Shown: piece by piece, positions 60,919 to 64,000 of the stretch
How the letters are laid out: each line of letters starts with the position of its first letter
Position numbering within the stretch: position 1 is the stretch's first letter
Assembly: GCA_035714445.1 (NCBI GenBank)
Contig: DASTLY010000092.1
Coordinates: 374-64,373, forward strand
Origin: Mycobacteriales bacterium
GTDB lineage: Bacteria; Actinomycetota; Actinomycetes; Mycobacteriales; SCTD01
Reading direction: 5' to 3'
Length of the DNA: 64,000 nucleotides
Position numbers and translations under genes: made by a program
The notes under the pieces: generated by a model
Seen by the model: only the letters and a program-made list of their open reading frames with translations
What the model was told of the DNA's origin: nothing
Databases searched by the model: none

Positions 60919-62409
60919 TTGTCACGCCTGAACCTGTCCGAGCTGTGCGCCGACACCTTCGGCTGGTTCGCCGACCAGGTCGACGTCCCGGTCTACGACC
61001 GCAGGGCGCTCGTGCCGTCGGTGGTGCACATCGGGGTGGGCGGTTTCCACCGTGCGCACCAGGCGCTGTACCTGGACGAGCTGGCCGGCCGCGGGGAGAC
61101 CGGGTGGGGTCTGGTCGGGGTGGGCCTGCGGCGCCCGGAGATGGGCCAGGTGCTGCAGGCCCAGGACGGGCTGTTCACGGTCGTCGAGCGGGACGCGTCC
61201 GGCGACAGGGCGCGGGTCATCGGCTCGATGGTCGAGTACCTGTACGCCCCCGAGGACCCCGAGGCGGTGCTCCGACGCCTGGCCGACCGGCGCACCCGGC
61301 TGGTCACGCTGACCGTGACCGGGAACGGCTACGCGGTGGACGGGGACGAGCTCGACGACAGCGACGACGGCGTGCGCCACGACCTGGCGCACCCGGGTGT
61401 CCCCACGACGATGGTCGGCTTCCTGGTGGAGGCGCTGCGCCGCCGACGTCGCAGCGGCGCCGGTCCGTTCACCGTGCTGTCCTGCGACAACCTGCCGGAC
61501 AGCGGTGCCGCGGCGCGTACGGCGGTGACCCGCTTCGCCGCCCGTGTCGACCCGGACCTCGAGCGCTGGATCGACGAGCACGTCAGCTTCCCGGCCAGCA
61601 TGGTCGACCGCATCACTCCGGAGACGTCGCCGGCCGTCCGTGACGAGGTCGAGGGCGCGTTCGGCGTGCCCGACCGCTGGCCCGTGGTGACCGAACCGTT
61701 CCGGCAGTGGGTCATCGAGGACCGGTTCTGCAACGGCAGACCGCCGCTGGAGCAGGTCGGCGTGCGCTTCGTCGACGACGTCGCGCCCTACAAGCTGGTC
61801 AAGGCGCGGCTGCTCAACGGCGGCCACTGCGCGCTGGGCTACCTGGGCAGCCTGCGCGGGTGCCGCACCTCCGACGACGCGATGGCCGACCCGCTGGTCG
61901 GGCCCCTGATCGAGCAGCTCCTGCGCACCGAGGTCCTGCCGCAGCTGCCTCAGGTCGACGGCCTTGACCTCGACGAGTACCTCGCGGCGACCCTGTCCCG
62001 GTTCAGCAACCCGGCCATCGGCGACCAGCTGAGCCGCCTGGCACGGCGCGGCTCGGTCAAGATGCCGTCGTACGTCCTGCCGTCGCTGCACGACGCGATC
62101 GCGCAGGGTCGCCCCCACGAGCTGCTGCTGCTCGTCGTCGCCGCCTGGGTGCGCTACCTGCGCGGCACCGACCTGGCGGGTGGGGAGCTGGTCGTGGAGG
62201 ACCCGCGAGCCGAGGCGCTGCAGGCGTTGGTGCGCCACGGTGGCGGCGACCCCCGGCCGCTGCTCGGGATGCGCAGCGTCTTCGGGCGCCTGGGCGACGA
62301 CGAGCGCGTCGTGCAGCGCGTGCAGGACCTGGTGCGCCTGCTCGACGAGGGCGGGATCGAGGCAGCCTTGGAGGCCTGCCGACCGAGGCCGGTGCCGACG
62401 GCGGCCTAG
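60919..62409 (+). CDS. Mannitol 2-dehydrogenase family oxidoreductase
   Basis: HIGVGGFHRAHQA, VLSCDNL, FPASMVDRITP and KARLLNGGH motifs. GGAGG RBS precedes the TTG. Confidence 0.93.
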   Translation: MSRLNLSELCADTFGWFADQVDVPVYDRRALVPSVVHIGVGGFHRAHQALYLDELAGRGETGWGLVGVGLRRPEMGQVLQAQDGLFTVVERDASGDRARVIGSMVEYLYAPEDPEAVLRRLADRRTRLVTLTVTGNGYAVDGDELDDSDDGVRHDLAHPGVPTTMVGFLVEALRRRRRSGAGPFTVLSCDNLPDSGAAARTAVTRFAARVDPDLERWIDEHVSFPASMVDRITPETSPAVRDEVEGAFGVPDRWPVVTEPFRQWVIEDRFCNGRPPLEQVGVRFVDDVAPYKLVKARLLNGGHCALGYLGSLRGCRTSDDAMADPLVGPLIEQLLRTEVLPQLPQVDGLDLDEYLAATLSRFSNPAIGDQLSRLARRGSVKMPSYVLPSLHDAIAQGRPHELLLLVVAAWVRYLRGTDLAGGELVVEDPRAEALQALVRHGGGDPRPLLGMRSVFGRLGDDERVVQRVQDLVRLLDEGGIEAALEACRPRPVPTAA

Positions 62410-62411
62410 AG

Positions 62412-63878
62412 CTACGCGGTCGCCAGCGCGACGGCCGCCCGCGCCCCCCGCTCGCGCAGCACCTGCAGCCAGCGCGTGAACGCCGCCACGAAGACCGCTG
62501 AGCCGGCGAGGTCACCGAACATGTCGAGCTCCGCGAGGAAGGCGGCGGGGTCCTCCCGGGACCGGGCCGCGGCAGCGCGTACCGGCTCGAGCAGCCTGTC
62601 GACGACGACGATCGGCTCACCCTGCTCGTCGACCCCCTCGGCGTACCGCGCCCACGCAGCGACGACCAGGGCCGACCGGTCGACCGGCCCGCCGCGGGCG
62701 AGCTGCTCGCGTACGACCGGCAGCAGGAACGTCGAGATGCGGTCGGAGCTCTCGGCGCACAGCCGCGCCAGCGTGTCGCGCACCGCGGGGTTGGCGAACC
62801 GCTCGACCAGGCTGCGCCGGTAGTCCTCCAGGTCGACGCCCGGCACGGGCAGCAGCGTCGGCGTCGCCTCGTGCTCCATGTAGCCCAGCACGAACGCCCG
62901 GAACGACGCGTCGCTGCACGCCTCGTCGGTGGTCCGGTAGCCGGCCAGGTAGCCCAGGTATCCCAGGGCCTGGTGGCCGGCGTTGAGCAGCCGCAGCTTC
63001 ATCAGCTCGTACGGGTGCACGTCCTCGACCAGCTGCACGCCGACCTCGCCCCACGGCGGGCTGCCGTCCGCCCAGGTGTCCTCGAGGACCCACTGCAGCC
63101 ATCCCTCGCAGGCCACGGGCCACTCGTCGGTGACGCCCAGCACGTCGCTCACCGCGACGCGGTCCTCGTCGGTCGTGCCCGGCGTGATGCGGTCGACCAT
63201 CGAGCTGGGGAAGGCGACGTGCTCGCGCACCCACGCCCCGAGCCCCGGATCGCGCCTGTCGGCGAAGCCGCTGAACGCCGCGCGGCACACCTGCCCGTTG
63301 CGCGGCACGTTGTCGCACGACAGCACCGTGAAGGCGGGCAGCCCTCGGGCTCGACGCCGCGCGAGCGCCTCGGTCACCAGGCCGAAGACCGTTGTGGGGC
63401 GGGAGTCCGGTTGCAGGTCGAGCAGCAACGACGGCTCGACCGGGCGGAACCCGCCGGTCAGCGGGTCGACCGGGTACCCGCCCTCGGTGATGGTCAGCGA
63501 GACGATCCTCGTCGTCTCGGCGGCCAGGCGCTCGACAACGGCCTCGGGCTCGTCCGGGGCGAACAGGTAGTCGACGAGCGAGCCCACGACCTGCATCTCG
63601 CGCCGGGTGTCCGGGTGCTTCACCACGAGGGTGTACAGGCCGTCCTGCGCCCGGAGCACGTCGCGCATGCGCCGGTCCGAGGGTTGCGTCCCCACCCCGC
63701 AGATGCCCCAGTCCGTGTGCCCCGCCGCGAGGAGGCGGTCGACGTACAGCGCCTCGTGCGCGCGGTGGAAGCCGCCGACGCCGAGGTGGACGATGCCGGC
63801 CCGGACGGCGCTCCGGTCGTAGCGGGGCGTCGGCACCGCCAGAGCACTCACGGTCGCGGCGCTGAGCCGACCGGTCAC
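62412..63878 (-). CDS. Mannitol 2-dehydrogenase family oxidoreductase (second paralog)
   Basis: HLGVGGFHRAHEA, SLTITEGGY, FPSSMVDRITP and KLRLLNAGH motifs. Confidence 0.94.
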   Translation of the reverse strand: MTGRLSAATVSALAVPTPRYDRSAVRAGIVHLGVGGFHRAHEALYVDRLLAAGHTDWGICGVGTQPSDRRMRDVLRAQDGLYTLVVKHPDTRREMQVVGSLVDYLFAPDEPEAVVERLAAETTRIVSLTITEGGYPVDPLTGGFRPVEPSLLLDLQPDSRPTTVFGLVTEALARRRARGLPAFTVLSCDNVPRNGQVCRAAFSGFADRRDPGLGAWVREHVAFPSSMVDRITPGTTDEDRVAVSDVLGVTDEWPVACEGWLQWVLEDTWADGSPPWGEVGVQLVEDVHPYELMKLRLLNAGHQALGYLGYLAGYRTTDEACSDASFRAFVLGYMEHEATPTLLPVPGVDLEDYRRSLVERFANPAVRDTLARLCAESSDRISTFLLPVVREQLARGGPVDRSALVVAAWARYAEGVDEQGEPIVVVDRLLEPVRAAAARSREDPAAFLAELDMFGDLAGSAVFVAAFTRWLQVLRERGARAAVALATA

Positions 63879-64000
63879 GCCGGCAAGCGTACGACCAGGC
63901 TCGCGGCAGCCCGGGTGCGCTCGACGAGCCGGGCGTTCGGCTCGTCGGTCGTCTCGACCCAGCGCCGCGCCGCCTCCGGCGACCGCCCGTGCCCGACGTG
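63875..64000 (-). CDS. C-terminus of nucleoside/nucleotide kinase family protein (YggC-like), partial
   Basis: Hand translation HVGHGRSPEAARRWVETTDEPNARLVERTRAAASLVVRLPA*. The TGA overlaps the GTG of the downstream dehydrogenase. Confidence 0.7.
   Translation of the reverse strand, partial: HVGHGRSPEAARRWVETTDEPNARLVERTRAAASLVVRLPA

Overview
This is very high-GC actinobacterial chromosomal DNA. The conserved core consists of bcp/DUF3618/DUF427 with tRNA-Leu(TAG) on the left (5.1-9.6 kb) and the clpS-DUF2017-mec-cysO-cysM-murI-MBL-rph-rdgB block (40-47 kb). Between the tRNA 3' end and ilvA lies about 25 kb of accessory DNA in two parts. The first (9.8-26.5 kb) is a decaying redox/detoxification segment with PhzF, an AfsR-type STAND regulator, GlxA, hydrolases, azoR, rhodanese, an ABC transporter and several frameshifted or truncated remnants. 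The second (27-35 kb) is a largely intact metal-homeostasis module: a DUF318+TIGR03943 permease pair, a PacL(DUF1490)-CtpC P1B ATPase pair, a Cys-rich ferredoxin-like gene and a secreted His-containing beta-propeller, with two Zur-like operators. The right part holds acyl-CoA ligases, an amidase, a WXG-like protein with a 9-bp tandem repeat, chrA, an apparent ribokinase-nucleoside hydrolase-UbiA-like-inositol monophosphatase operon and two convergent mannitol dehydrogenases. The best candidates for undescribed systems are the Zur-boxed metal module and the rbsK-NH-UbiA-like-IMPase operon. No CRISPR array, rRNA or intact transposase/integrase was seen. All family calls come from motif recognition by eye; no searches were run.
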